NCBI GenBank assembly: GCA_963737655.1
Contig: CAVTTN010000002.1
Location: 3,872,001 to 3,936,000 of the forward strand
Direction of reading: 5' to 3'
Length of the DNA: 64,000 nucleotides
DNA from: an uncultured Planctomycetota bacterium
GTDB taxonomy: Bacteria > Planctomycetota > Planctomycetia > Isosphaerales > Isosphaeraceae
Under the pieces are notes generated by a model. It did not search any database. It saw only the letters and a list, made by a program, of their open reading frames with translations, and had not been told where the DNA came from. How positions within the stretch are numbered: the stretch's first letter is position 1; each line of letters starts with the position of its first letter. Below are positions 20,108-29,543 of the stretch, one piece after another. Position numbers and translations under genes: made by a program.

Positions 20108-21910
20108 ATGGAGCCGACGCTTCGCCCGGAGGGTGCCCCTCGCTCGACGGTCACCCGCCCGGAGCTGGAAACGATCCTGCTCGACCATTGCCAATGGGTC
20201 GAGACCGAGGAAAAAGAAGGGAAACCGGCGATCCTCCGGAACCTGGACCTCTCCGGGGCCGACCTGCGGAAAGCCTTGCTCCGGGGGGCGGACCTCTCGG
20301 AATCGCTCCTTCGCGGCGCGGACCTCTCGGGCGCCTGCCTGGCCGAGTGCGACCTGACCGGGGCCGACCTGGCCGGCGCCGACCTCTCCGGCGCCGACCT
20401 GCGATCGGCCCTCCTCCGCCGGGCCAACTTCCATGAGGCGAATCTTCGCGACGCCGACCTGACCGACTCGCTCGGCCTCCTGGGCGGACAGCTCGGCGGG
20501 TCGGTCCTCGCCGGGGCGCTGCTCCCGGCCTCGGCCTCGGCGTTCGACGGCCTGACGAACGTCACGGAGGCGTCGAAGACGGCCCAAAATCTGTTCACGT
20601 CGATCTTGCTCGTCTGCTCCTACACGTGGTTGACGGTCGCCGCGACGACCGACCCGCAACTCCTCAACAACGCCGCCCCGCCGTCCTCACGGCTGCCGAT
20701 CCTGGGGACGGACATCCCCCTGGTCCGGTTCTATCTCGTCGCCCCGGCGCTGTTGTTGAGCCTGTTCATCTATTTCCACCTCGTCCTCCAGAGGCTCTGG
20801 GAAGAGCTCGCCGAGATGCCTGCGGTCTTCCCCGACGGCCGATCGGTGGACAGGCGGGCCTATCCCTGGCTGATGAATGTGCTGGTCCGGGCCCACGCGA
20901 CCAGGCTCCAGGGGGAGCGGTCGCCGCTCTCGCGATGGCAGGCCCGGATGTCGATCGTCCTGGCGTGGGGACTCGTGCCGATGACGCTCGTCGTCCTCTG
21001 GGGCCGTTATCTCCGCGCCCACGACTGGCTCGTGACCGTGACCCACGTGGCGCTGGTCTCCGGGGCGATCGGCGCGGCCGTCGGATTCCGGTCGCTCGCG
21101 GCCAGGACCCTCCGAGGCTCCGAGCGTCGCCCGTTCCTCTGGCGGAAGGCCTGGAAGGACTCGCGAGGCCGCGCCTTCCTCGGCTGGGCGGTCGCCTTGA
21201 CCCTGTTCGCGGTCCTGTCCTTCGGGGCGATCGAGGGAATCGACCCCGACGCCGACGATCGAGGCACGAAGATCCTGGCCCAGGTCGGCCTGGGGAGCCC
21301 CAGGCGATGGGTCCCTCGCGTCTTCGCCTCCGTGGGCCTGGACCCGTTCGCCCACCTGGACGACGCCAGCCTCTCGATCAAGCCCGCCAACTGGACCGGG
21401 AAGGCCCCGGAAGAGCTCGACTCGGTCAAGGGAGCGGACCTGGAAGGGCGGAACCTGCGCTATGCCGCGGCCTATAATGCGTTCTTCGTGAACGCCTATC
21501 TCCGCAAGGTCGATGCCCGAGGGACCGACTTCCGCGAATCCGACCTCCGCCGCGCCGACCTCCGCGAGGCCAACCTCCGAGGGTCGAACTTCCGGTCGGC
21601 CGACCTCCGCGAGGCCGACCTCCGCTGGGTCGATCTCACCGAGACCAGCCTCCGGGACGCCCGGCTCGACGGAGCGAGATTGGCCGGGGCGAGGCTCTCC
21701 GGGGCGAACCTCCGGGGAGCGATCCTCATCGCCGCCGACCTCGCCGGGGCCGACCTCACCGGGGCCGATCTCACCGATGCGAACCTCGGTTCGGCCGACC
21801 TGACGGGCGTTGTCGGCCTGACCTCCGCCATGCTGGCCTCGGCGAGGATCGACGCCTCCACGCACCTGCCCGAGTCCCTCGCGCCGGCGCTCGCGGCGAG
21901 GCGACGATGA
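20108..21910 (+). CDS. Pentapeptide-repeat membrane protein
   Basis: A(D/N)LxG repeats at both ends flanking several TM helices. Confidence 0.9.
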   Translation: MEPTLRPEGAPRSTVTRPELETILLDHCQWVETEEKEGKPAILRNLDLSGADLRKALLRGADLSESLLRGADLSGACLAECDLTGADLAGADLSGADLRSALLRRANFHEANLRDADLTDSLGLLGGQLGGSVLAGALLPASASAFDGLTNVTEASKTAQNLFTSILLVCSYTWLTVAATTDPQLLNNAAPPSSRLPILGTDIPLVRFYLVAPALLLSLFIYFHLVLQRLWEELAEMPAVFPDGRSVDRRAYPWLMNVLVRAHATRLQGERSPLSRWQARMSIVLAWGLVPMTLVVLWGRYLRAHDWLVTVTHVALVSGAIGAAVGFRSLAARTLRGSERRPFLWRKAWKDSRGRAFLGWAVALTLFAVLSFGAIEGIDPDADDRGTKILAQVGLGSPRRWVPRVFASVGLDPFAHLDDASLSIKPANWTGKAPEELDSVKGADLEGRNLRYAAAYNAFFVNAYLRKVDARGTDFRESDLRRADLREANLRGSNFRSADLREADLRWVDLTETSLRDARLDGARLAGARLSGANLRGAILIAADLAGADLTGADLTDANLGSADLTGVVGLTSAMLASARIDASTHLPESLAPALAARRR

Positions 21911-22027
21911 ACGGCCGATGGTGCTCGTCGGCTTCCGCCGAATCGAGCGGGCGGCTATGCTGGTGATGTCGCGCCCGGCCCGGACCGGGCTTCTCGAACC
22001 CTCGCCTCTTGCCGATCGACCGCACCG

Positions 22028-23506
22028 ATGCCCCCTCGCCGCCCCTCCCGACCGTCCCCCCGCCCGAAGCCGTCTCGTCCGGGCCGCCCGAGCTCGCCTC
22101 CGTCCGGCCGTCCCTTTCGGGACGCGGGGCCTCTTCGTCCTCGACCGGTCCGTCGGCCTGAGGTGGAGGTTGCCGAGCCGTCCGGCTCGACTCGACTGAC
22201 CGATCACGTCGCCCCGCCGGACGTCCTCGCCCGGGCCGCCCTGGACATCGCCTCGAAGGTGGAGGCCGCCGTCCTGAAGGACGGCCGCCATGCCGACCGC
22301 GTCCTCGCCTTCGAGCTCAAGTCGCGCCGAGATCTCGCCCGGCCCGATCACCGATTCGTGAGCGAGGCCGCGTTCTCCCTGTTCCGCTGGCGAGGCTGGC
22401 TCGAACCGTTGCGCCTGCCGTCGTTCGAGGGCCGCCTGCTCCTCGCCCTCTTGCTGGACCGGCCGACGATCCATCCGGCCTGCCGGGTCCTGGCCCGCCT
22501 CGCCGGCCGGGACCCGGACCGCCTGAACGCCCTGGGCGATGCCCCGACCTGGGCCGCGCGAGCCGAGGGATTCCGTCGCCTTCTGGACGGTCAGCCCGTC
22601 ACGGCCGATCCCTGGAGGCTCTTTCCCGACTGGCTCCGCGAACATCTGCCCCTGCCCCCGGGCGAAGGGCCGGCGAAGCTTCGCTACGTCGAATTCCTCC
22701 GCGTGCTCCAGACCCGCTCGCCGCTCTGGATGCGCGTCCAGGGGGCCGAGGACGCGGCCGTCTGGGAAGAATTGCGACGGCTCGGCGTGAAGCCCTGGGT
22801 GCATCGGAAGGTCCGGTCGGCCGCGAAGCTCGATGCCGACGTGGACGTCTATCACCTTCCCCCGTTCGAGCGTGGGACGCTGGAAATCCAGGACCTCGCC
22901 TCCCAGGCCGTCGGCCTCGCCTGCGACCCCGACTCCGGCGAGCGCTGGTGGGACGCCTGCGCCGGTGCCGGCGGGAAGTCGCTCCACCTCGCCGCCCTGA
23001 TGAAGGGCAAGGGCCTGGTCGTGGCGACCGACGTCGTCGAGGGCAAGCTCAAGGAAGCCGCGCAACGCGCCCGCCGCAGCCCGTTCCGCAACATCTCCAC
23101 CAAGGTCTGGGACGGCCGCCACGTCGCGGGCAAGACCGGCTCGTATGACGGCGTCCTCGTCGATGCCCCCTGCTCCGCCATCGGCACCTGGAGGCGCAAC
23201 CCCGACGCCCGATGGACGCTCGACCGCGACGCGATCGTGAGGCTCTCGCTGGTCCAGGCCGAGATCCTCAAGGCCGCGTCGGCCGGGGTGAAAGTAGGCG
23301 GCACGCTCGTTTATTCGGTCTGCACCGTCACGCCGACGGAGACCACCGGCGTCGTCCAGACCTTCCTCGCCGCCCACCCCGGCTTCCGGCTCGACCCGTT
23401 CCCCCATCCCCTGGACGGCGACGCCACCGACGGCCAGACCCTGATCTGGCCGCAGGTCGCCGACAGCGACGCCATGTTCGTGGCCCGGATGGTGCGAACA
23501 ACCTGA
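22028..23506 (+). CDS. RsmB/NOP family RNA m5C methyltransferase
   Basis: QDLASQ, DACAGAGGKS, DAPCS, YSVCT; start uncertain. Confidence 0.9.
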   Translation: MPPRRPSRPSPRPKPSRPGRPSSPPSGRPFRDAGPLRPRPVRRPEVEVAEPSGSTRLTDHVAPPDVLARAALDIASKVEAAVLKDGRHADRVLAFELKSRRDLARPDHRFVSEAAFSLFRWRGWLEPLRLPSFEGRLLLALLLDRPTIHPACRVLARLAGRDPDRLNALGDAPTWAARAEGFRRLLDGQPVTADPWRLFPDWLREHLPLPPGEGPAKLRYVEFLRVLQTRSPLWMRVQGAEDAAVWEELRRLGVKPWVHRKVRSAAKLDADVDVYHLPPFERGTLEIQDLASQAVGLACDPDSGERWWDACAGAGGKSLHLAALMKGKGLVVATDVVEGKLKEAAQRARRSPFRNISTKVWDGRHVAGKTGSYDGVLVDAPCSAIGTWRRNPDARWTLDRDAIVRLSLVQAEILKAASAGVKVGGTLVYSVCTVTPTETTGVVQTFLAAHPGFRLDPFPHPLDGDATDGQTLIWPQVADSDAMFVARMVRTT

Positions 23507-23524
23507 CCCGAGGAGACCTCGGCG

Positions 23525-23932
23525 GTGAGTTCCGGCCGGTTCTCAATCAAATGGATGATGTTCGGGGTCGCCCTGGCGGCCCTGCTTTTCGGGCTCGCCC
23601 GCAGGCTCATCGAGTTCGGCGTCACGCCCCCCCAGCTCCTCGCCGCCGTGATCTATCTTGCACCCGGCTGGACGGTCCCCGTCGGACTCTTCCTCAAGCC
23701 GAAGACGGCCGGTCGGATCGCCCTGACGGCCCTGGGCGCGGCGGTGATGATCACGATTCTCACCTTCGCGACGTGCGAGGAATTCGTCATCCTGGTCATC
23801 TTGTTGGTGACCTGGTGGATCACGATGTGGGTAGGAGCGGGCTATCTCGCAAGCCTCGTCGCCCACATGACCGACGCCGCCATTCAGGGGGCCAAGCCCC
23901 GCCCCGCCCGCCGATCGGACAGCCTCCCCTAG
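23525..23932 (+). CDS. Small membrane protein
   Basis: Hydrophobic 135 aa with RFSIKWMM-type N-terminus. Confidence 0.65.
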   Translation: MSSGRFSIKWMMFGVALAALLFGLARRLIEFGVTPPQLLAAVIYLAPGWTVPVGLFLKPKTAGRIALTALGAAVMITILTFATCEEFVILVILLVTWWITMWVGAGYLASLVAHMTDAAIQGAKPRPARRSDSLP

Positions 23933-23958
23933 GGTCCGCGATAGCCGACCCTAGGGGA
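23925..23958. terminator. 12-bp inverted repeat between convergent genes
   Basis: tcccctagggtc / gaccctagggga with 10-nt loop. Confidence 0.5.
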
Positions 23959-26209
23959 AGCGCAAGTGCTTCTTCAGGAACGCAAACGTGCCCACTCCAT
24001 GAATCGTGTGGGGGCCGTCGAAGAACTCGATCTCGGTCCGGTCGCCGATCTTGAGCAGTCCGTTGTAAAGCCGACGCACCTTGGCATATTCGAACGCGAC
24101 TTGCTCATCGGGCGCCACGGTGTCGAAGTGCCCGCGCTCGACCATGAACGGCCGGGGGGCGATCAACGCGGCCATCTCGGCGTAATTGAAGGTGCCGCCG
24201 AGGTCGAACTCGAAAATCTCGTACTCGCCGGTCCAGACATAACTGTACGGACTCTTCGTCGAGGCGTTCTTCCAGACCCATTCGTTGAAGTCGGCCGAGC
24301 AGATCGAGAGGCAGTATTCCTTCACCAGCGCCGGAATCCGCATGGCCGACTTCCCGCCATAGCTCAGCCCGTAGAAACCGATCCGGTCGCCGTCGACGAA
24401 CGGCTGCGATTTCAGCCACGCCACGATCTGCCGATGCTGCGGGACGATCACGGAGAACAGCGTCTTCCCCAAAGGGTTCGCCTTCCTCTGGAGCGTGCGG
24501 AAGCGGTCGCCAAAGATGTACGGGTTCTGGGGAGAGAACGTGATGAAGCCCATCTCCGTCAATTTCACCGCGAACTGATGATAGGCCGGGTTGTCCACCT
24601 TCGGGTCGGCCACGTCGCGGGGGCGGCCCTCCAACCCATGCTGGCAAACGACCACCGGCCGCTTCTCACCGGGTTTCATGTCCTTCGGCAGGAGGAGGAT
24701 CCCCTCGGCGAAGACGTCGGGGAAAACGTCCAGGACCACCTCATAGCCGGTGAACTTCGGCTCGTCGAAGACCTTGCGGGATCGGGGATTCAGGGGGAGG
24801 AGCGGGTCATCGAATCGGCCGATGACGTCCTCGTCGAACGTCTTGCGTAACGGCTCGATCGTGCGTTCATACGCTTCGAGAGAGGACGTATCGACCTTTT
24901 TGAAGAACTCGCGTCGGACGTCGGCACTGGCGGCCAGGATGTCCTGGTTGTGCCGGTCGATCTCGGCCCTCTGACGCTCGGCCCTCCCGGCGGCCCGGGA
25001 GGGCGCGGCGTTCGGCGGCATGGGGATCGAGGGCCCGAGCTTCGCGCCCGGCGAGAGGGCGTCGATGAAGGCCGAGAGGGCCTTCTCGCTCCCCGGCGGA
25101 CCCGTCCCATCGCCGCTCTCGACCAGCTCGAACCGGGGGGCGGGGTTTAACCCCTGGACCAGTGCTTTTTCCCTCTGGAATTCGCGACGGACCGACTCCA
25201 CGCCGGGTGTGACGATCCGCCCCGGCCCCCCTCCGGTCCCGGGCGGGACCTCCACGCTCGGGGCCCGGCATGCCTCGACGATCAGGGCCCTGGGCGCGAT
25301 CATCGAGGCGATCTCGGCGTCGCCAAACCTCTCCAGGAGGCCGAAGACGTTGCGGTCGATCGGCTCGGTCCACAGCGTTTTCCTCTCTCCGAAATAGCCG
25401 CTGACGCAGGCCGCCTTGATCCTCGGTTCCAGGGCGGCGGCCTCCATCGCGAGCATCCCCCCGTCGCCCCAGCCGATTACCCCGACGGGCTCGTCGCCGA
25501 CGTCGTGGAACCCGATCGCCACGGAACGGACCTTCTGGATCTCGTAACCGATCAGGTGCCGACCCATCTCGTACGCGGAACGATAGAAAAATTCTCGATT
25601 GGACAATTTCTTGTGAGTGACACCGCGGTCGATCAAGGCCGGGACGAGCACGACGAATCCGCTCTCGGCCAGGCGGCGGGCGTACTGCTCCTCGGGAGGC
25701 ACGCCGGGGGCGAGCCCGACCAGTTGCTCGGGGGCGATCGTCGAGTCGGGGATCGCCACCACCACGCCAAGGGTCTTCCCGCTCTGGAGGGGCCGGAGCA
25801 GGAGCCCTTCGAAGCTCACCTCGCCGAACGCCCTCGCGCGGAAGCCGCTGACCTCGATGGACCTCGACCGTCCGACCTCGCCGAGATTGCCGAAGCCGGG
25901 CGCGAACGACTCCTCGAAGGTCCCCACGACCCCGTCCCGGACGCCCAGGATGTGGGCCAGCCTTTTCCGATTCGGCTCGATCGAATTCTTATAAGCCTCG
26001 GCCGACGAAAAATCCGGCTTCCGGAACGCCGCCCGCTTCGCCTCGGCCTCGTCGGTCTTGCGGAGGAGGAACCGGTCGATCCCCTCGACCATTTTCGAGG
26101 CAAGGTCGCCGTCCCAATCCAGAGGGGCCGTGCCCGGCAAGGGGGACGGATCGTCGGCCCGAGCCGTCAAGGCGATCGAGACCAGGCAGGCGAGCGTGAG
26201 CGTCTTCAT
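23951..26209 (-). CDS. Secreted tandem alpha/beta hydrolase (dienelactone hydrolase-like)
   Basis: Signal peptide; GWGDGG (degenerate) and GLSYGG elbows; CQHG; DGPHTIHG. Confidence 0.85.
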   Translation of the reverse strand: MKTLTLACLVSIALTARADDPSPLPGTAPLDWDGDLASKMVEGIDRFLLRKTDEAEAKRAAFRKPDFSSAEAYKNSIEPNRKRLAHILGVRDGVVGTFEESFAPGFGNLGEVGRSRSIEVSGFRARAFGEVSFEGLLLRPLQSGKTLGVVVAIPDSTIAPEQLVGLAPGVPPEEQYARRLAESGFVVLVPALIDRGVTHKKLSNREFFYRSAYEMGRHLIGYEIQKVRSVAIGFHDVGDEPVGVIGWGDGGMLAMEAAALEPRIKAACVSGYFGERKTLWTEPIDRNVFGLLERFGDAEIASMIAPRALIVEACRAPSVEVPPGTGGGPGRIVTPGVESVRREFQREKALVQGLNPAPRFELVESGDGTGPPGSEKALSAFIDALSPGAKLGPSIPMPPNAAPSRAAGRAERQRAEIDRHNQDILAASADVRREFFKKVDTSSLEAYERTIEPLRKTFDEDVIGRFDDPLLPLNPRSRKVFDEPKFTGYEVVLDVFPDVFAEGILLLPKDMKPGEKRPVVVCQHGLEGRPRDVADPKVDNPAYHQFAVKLTEMGFITFSPQNPYIFGDRFRTLQRKANPLGKTLFSVIVPQHRQIVAWLKSQPFVDGDRIGFYGLSYGGKSAMRIPALVKEYCLSICSADFNEWVWKNASTKSPYSYVWTGEYEIFEFDLGGTFNYAEMAALIAPRPFMVERGHFDTVAPDEQVAFEYAKVRRLYNGLLKIGDRTEIEFFDGPHTIHGVGTFAFLKKHLRFP

Positions 26210-26298
26210 GAGCGGCCTTTCCGGGGTGAGGTCCGGTCAGGCTATCGGCGCCGAGACCTCGCCACAAGCCCCGGTCGATCCGATCCCATCCGACCCGC

Positions 26299-27525
26299 TC
26301 ACGACGCCTCCCCATTCCCCGGCGGCAACAGGTGGCCGAGCTTGTCACGCTTGGCGGCGAGGTACTTGCGGCGCTCGACGGCGTCGGGAGCGATCAACGG
26401 CACCTGGCCGACCACTTCCATATCAAAACCATCGTAGACGAACGCCCGTTGCTTCTTGGGGTTGTTGGTCATCAGGCGGACCTTCCTCAGACCCAGGTCC
26501 TTGAGGATCTGAAGCCCCACGCCGTAATCGCGGGGGTCGGCCCGGTAGCCGAGCGCGAGGTTCGCCTCGACCGTGTCCATCCCGCCGTCCTGGAGGGCGT
26601 AGGCCCGGATCTTCTCCATCAGGCCGATCCCCCGCCCTTCCTGGGGCAAGTAAATCAAGGCGCCGACGCCTTCCTCTCCGATTCGCTCCAACGCCATGTG
26701 AAGCTGGTCGCCGCAGTCGCATCGGAGCGATTCGAGGAGGTCGCCGGTGAAGCAGGACGAGTGGATCCGGACCAGCGGCGCCTCGACCGACTGGAGGTCC
26801 CCCATCGCGAAGACGACCGGGTTGTTCGTCGGCTCGTAATCGACGTTGTAGCCGATGATCTTGCCGTTGCCGTAGCGGGTGGGGAGCTCCGCCTCGGCCG
26901 CTCGATGGACCAGCTTCTCCCGGCGACGGCGATACTTGATCAGGGTCTCGATCGCCAGGATCGGCAAATCAAACCGATCGGCCAGCTCATGAAGTTTCTC
27001 GCGACTGGCCATCTTCGTGCCGTCGAGGATCTCGATCAGGACGCCCGCCGGGCTCAGACCGGCCATCCTCGCCAGATCGACGGTCGCCTCCGTGTGCCCG
27101 GCCCTCCGCAACACGCCGCCTTCCTTCGCAAGCAGCGGGAAAATGTGCCCAGGGCGGACGAAATCGCTCGCCTTCGCCTCGGGGGCGACCATCGACCGGA
27201 TCGTGAACGCCCTTTCCTCGGCGCTGATGCCGGTCCGGCACGAGCGATGGTCGATCTGCACCAGGAACGGAGTCTGATGGGGCGCGTTGTTCACGTCGAC
27301 GACCGGAGGCAACTGCAACTTCGTCGCAAGCTCGGGGACGATGGGCATGCAGAGCTGCCCTCGACCATAAGTGACCATAAATTCAATCGTCTCGGCGGTG
27401 ATGCCGTCGGCCGCGGCGACGAAGTCCCCCTCGTTCTCGCGGTCCTCGTCATCGACCACGATCACCACCCGGCCATGACGAAGGGCCTCAATCGCCTCGT
27501 CCACCTTCGAAAACTCGCCCATCAT
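26299..27525 (-). CDS. ribBA: Bifunctional DHBP synthase / GTP cyclohydrolase II
   Basis: DDEDRENEGD, RPGHIFPL, GHTEA, RIHSSCFTGD, RCDCGDQL, QEGRGIGL, TNNPKK. Confidence 0.97.
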   Translation of the reverse strand: MMGEFSKVDEAIEALRHGRVVIVVDDEDRENEGDFVAAADGITAETIEFMVTYGRGQLCMPIVPELATKLQLPPVVDVNNAPHQTPFLVQIDHRSCRTGISAEERAFTIRSMVAPEAKASDFVRPGHIFPLLAKEGGVLRRAGHTEATVDLARMAGLSPAGVLIEILDGTKMASREKLHELADRFDLPILAIETLIKYRRRREKLVHRAAEAELPTRYGNGKIIGYNVDYEPTNNPVVFAMGDLQSVEAPLVRIHSSCFTGDLLESLRCDCGDQLHMALERIGEEGVGALIYLPQEGRGIGLMEKIRAYALQDGGMDTVEANLALGYRADPRDYGVGLQILKDLGLRKVRLMTNNPKKQRAFVYDGFDMEVVGQVPLIAPDAVERRKYLAAKRDKLGHLLPPGNGEAS

Positions 27526-27722
27526 CCCGCCCCCCCTTCGTCGTCTGCGATGCCCAATTCGCCAGGCCGATCCCTTCCCCGAGACCGAATCGACCGCCAC
27601 GCGCGATCATTGTAGCCAGGAGGCCCCGAGAACGTCGTCCCGCCGAGATTTCGCTTCAAACCGTCGGCGATCCGGCGATAATCGACCGGCACCCGGTTCG
27701 ATAAGCTCGATAGGAAACGCGA

Positions 27723-29384
27723 ATGGCCACCGAGACTTCGCCCGAGGCGTCTCCTCGTCGCAGGAACCGCTGGCTGACCCTCAGCCTCCGCGCCCTGATC
27801 CTGCTCGTGGTGCTCGCCGCCGGCGCGATGGGCTGGCTGGCGTATCGAATTCGGTCCAAACGGGTGGCGGTCGCGGGGATTGTGAAAGCCGGCGGCATCC
27901 TGCGTTACCGGTGGCAATCCCCCAACGGCAGGTTCGAACCCAAGGCCGCCCCGCCGGCTCGGAACTGGTATCGCGACCTCCTGGGACCAGAACTCTTCGA
28001 CGAGGTTGATGCCGTCAGCCTCACCGGACGAAACGCCATCGCCCTGCTTCCTCAAATCGCGCAATTCCCGAGCCTGAAGACCCTCTCGCTCTTCGACGCG
28101 GCGGTCTCCGACGCCGACCTGGCCGTGATCCAGGGATTGACCGAGCTGCGAATCCTCCACCTCGTCCGCGTCCAGGGACCGGGCAGCGTGTTGCGGTACC
28201 TCCGCGGGATGAGGCACATGGAGACGATCGACGCGAAGGGATTCTCCGCGACGGATGCGGACCTCGCCCACCTCGAAGGCCTTACGTCCCTGAGAAATCT
28301 CAGCCTCCACGCGCCGGGGGTGACCGACGCCGGACTCGCTCATCTCTCCCGGATGACCAACCTGAGCTTCCTGGACCTGGCCGATTCAAAGGTGACTTCG
28401 GCCGGGCTCGCTTCCTTGAAGGATTGCCCCAAGCTCTCGCACCTGGGACTCATGAATGCCCGAATCACTTCGCTCGGACGACTCGGCCCGCGCGATGCGA
28501 TGAAGACCCTCCTACTCGACGGCAATCCCATTGAAGATGACGGGATCGGCGAGTTTCCCGCGTTAATCACCCTTCGTATCCTCCACTCCAAGATGACCGA
28601 CAAGGGCGTCGAAAAGCTCGCCGGATTGCGGACCCTCCAGATGCTCGGCATCGGCGGACCCGGGATCACCGAGGCGGGGCTGGAGACTCTGGGTCAGATG
28701 CCGAAACTCGCCATGCTCCTGGTCGAAGACAGCAACGTCCGCGACCTTCGGCCCCTCCTGGCCCTCAAGCGACTCGGCACGCTCAGCCTGAAGGGTAACC
28801 CGATCGAGGACGAGGCGATTGTCTGCCTGGAGGGCCTGACGAACCTGAGGACCCTGGGACTCGGAGGGACCAGGGTCACCGATGCCGGACTCTCGCGCCT
28901 TCGCAACCTGAAATTGATGAGAAGCCTCGACCTCAGCGACACGCGGATCACCGACGCCGGCCTGGCGGAACTCGGCGGCCTGACGGCCTTGCAGATCCTC
29001 GCCCTGAACGACACCGCCATCACCGATCAAGGAATCCCCGCGCTCCGGCGACTGCCCCGGCTCGCCAACCTCCAGGTCAACAACACCAAGGTCTCGATCG
29101 GCGCCCTCGCGAAGCTTCCGCAGTCGAGGACGATGGCCCTCCTCCGAATGAATGGGACCGGGGTCTCCGACTCGGACATCGCCCAACTGGCAGCCTTCCC
29201 GAAGCTGGGGATGCTCTACCTCGAAGGGACGGCCCTCACCGATGCCTCCATCCCGGCCCTCACGAAGCTGGACCAACTCCAGGTGCTCAGGGTCCAGGGC
29301 ACGAAAATCTCCCCGGCCGGGATGGCGACGATCCAGGAGGCCCATCCCGGCCTCAGTTTGAACGTCGAGACCCAGGGCCCGTGA
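27723..29384 (+). CDS. Leucine-rich repeat protein with N-terminal TM anchor
   Basis: About 24-aa LxxLxLxxTxITDAGL repeats; SLRALILLVVL anchor. Confidence 0.9.
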   Translation: MATETSPEASPRRRNRWLTLSLRALILLVVLAAGAMGWLAYRIRSKRVAVAGIVKAGGILRYRWQSPNGRFEPKAAPPARNWYRDLLGPELFDEVDAVSLTGRNAIALLPQIAQFPSLKTLSLFDAAVSDADLAVIQGLTELRILHLVRVQGPGSVLRYLRGMRHMETIDAKGFSATDADLAHLEGLTSLRNLSLHAPGVTDAGLAHLSRMTNLSFLDLADSKVTSAGLASLKDCPKLSHLGLMNARITSLGRLGPRDAMKTLLLDGNPIEDDGIGEFPALITLRILHSKMTDKGVEKLAGLRTLQMLGIGGPGITEAGLETLGQMPKLAMLLVEDSNVRDLRPLLALKRLGTLSLKGNPIEDEAIVCLEGLTNLRTLGLGGTRVTDAGLSRLRNLKLMRSLDLSDTRITDAGLAELGGLTALQILALNDTAITDQGIPALRRLPRLANLQVNNTKVSIGALAKLPQSRTMALLRMNGTGVSDSDIAQLAAFPKLGMLYLEGTALTDASIPALTKLDQLQVLRVQGTKISPAGMATIQEAHPGLSLNVETQGP

Positions 29385-29543
29385 TCGACATCAAAACGTC
29401 TCCGACGAAATTCGGATATTCCGTCCGGCCCGGCCGTTTTTTGCTTGATGGATTCGAGCGCGGATGTCAAAGTGCAGGACGAGAGGGGCGGACGGCTCCG
29501 AATTCCCTGGGAGCCGATCCCCGACGACGATGGAGGTCGGACC

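Noticed and set aside
20240..21800. 15-nt periodic gccgacct repeats
   Set aside because: Explained by pentapeptide-repeat coding
27526..27722. FMN riboswitch before ribBA
   Set aside because: No RFN consensus visible; short divergent intergenic region
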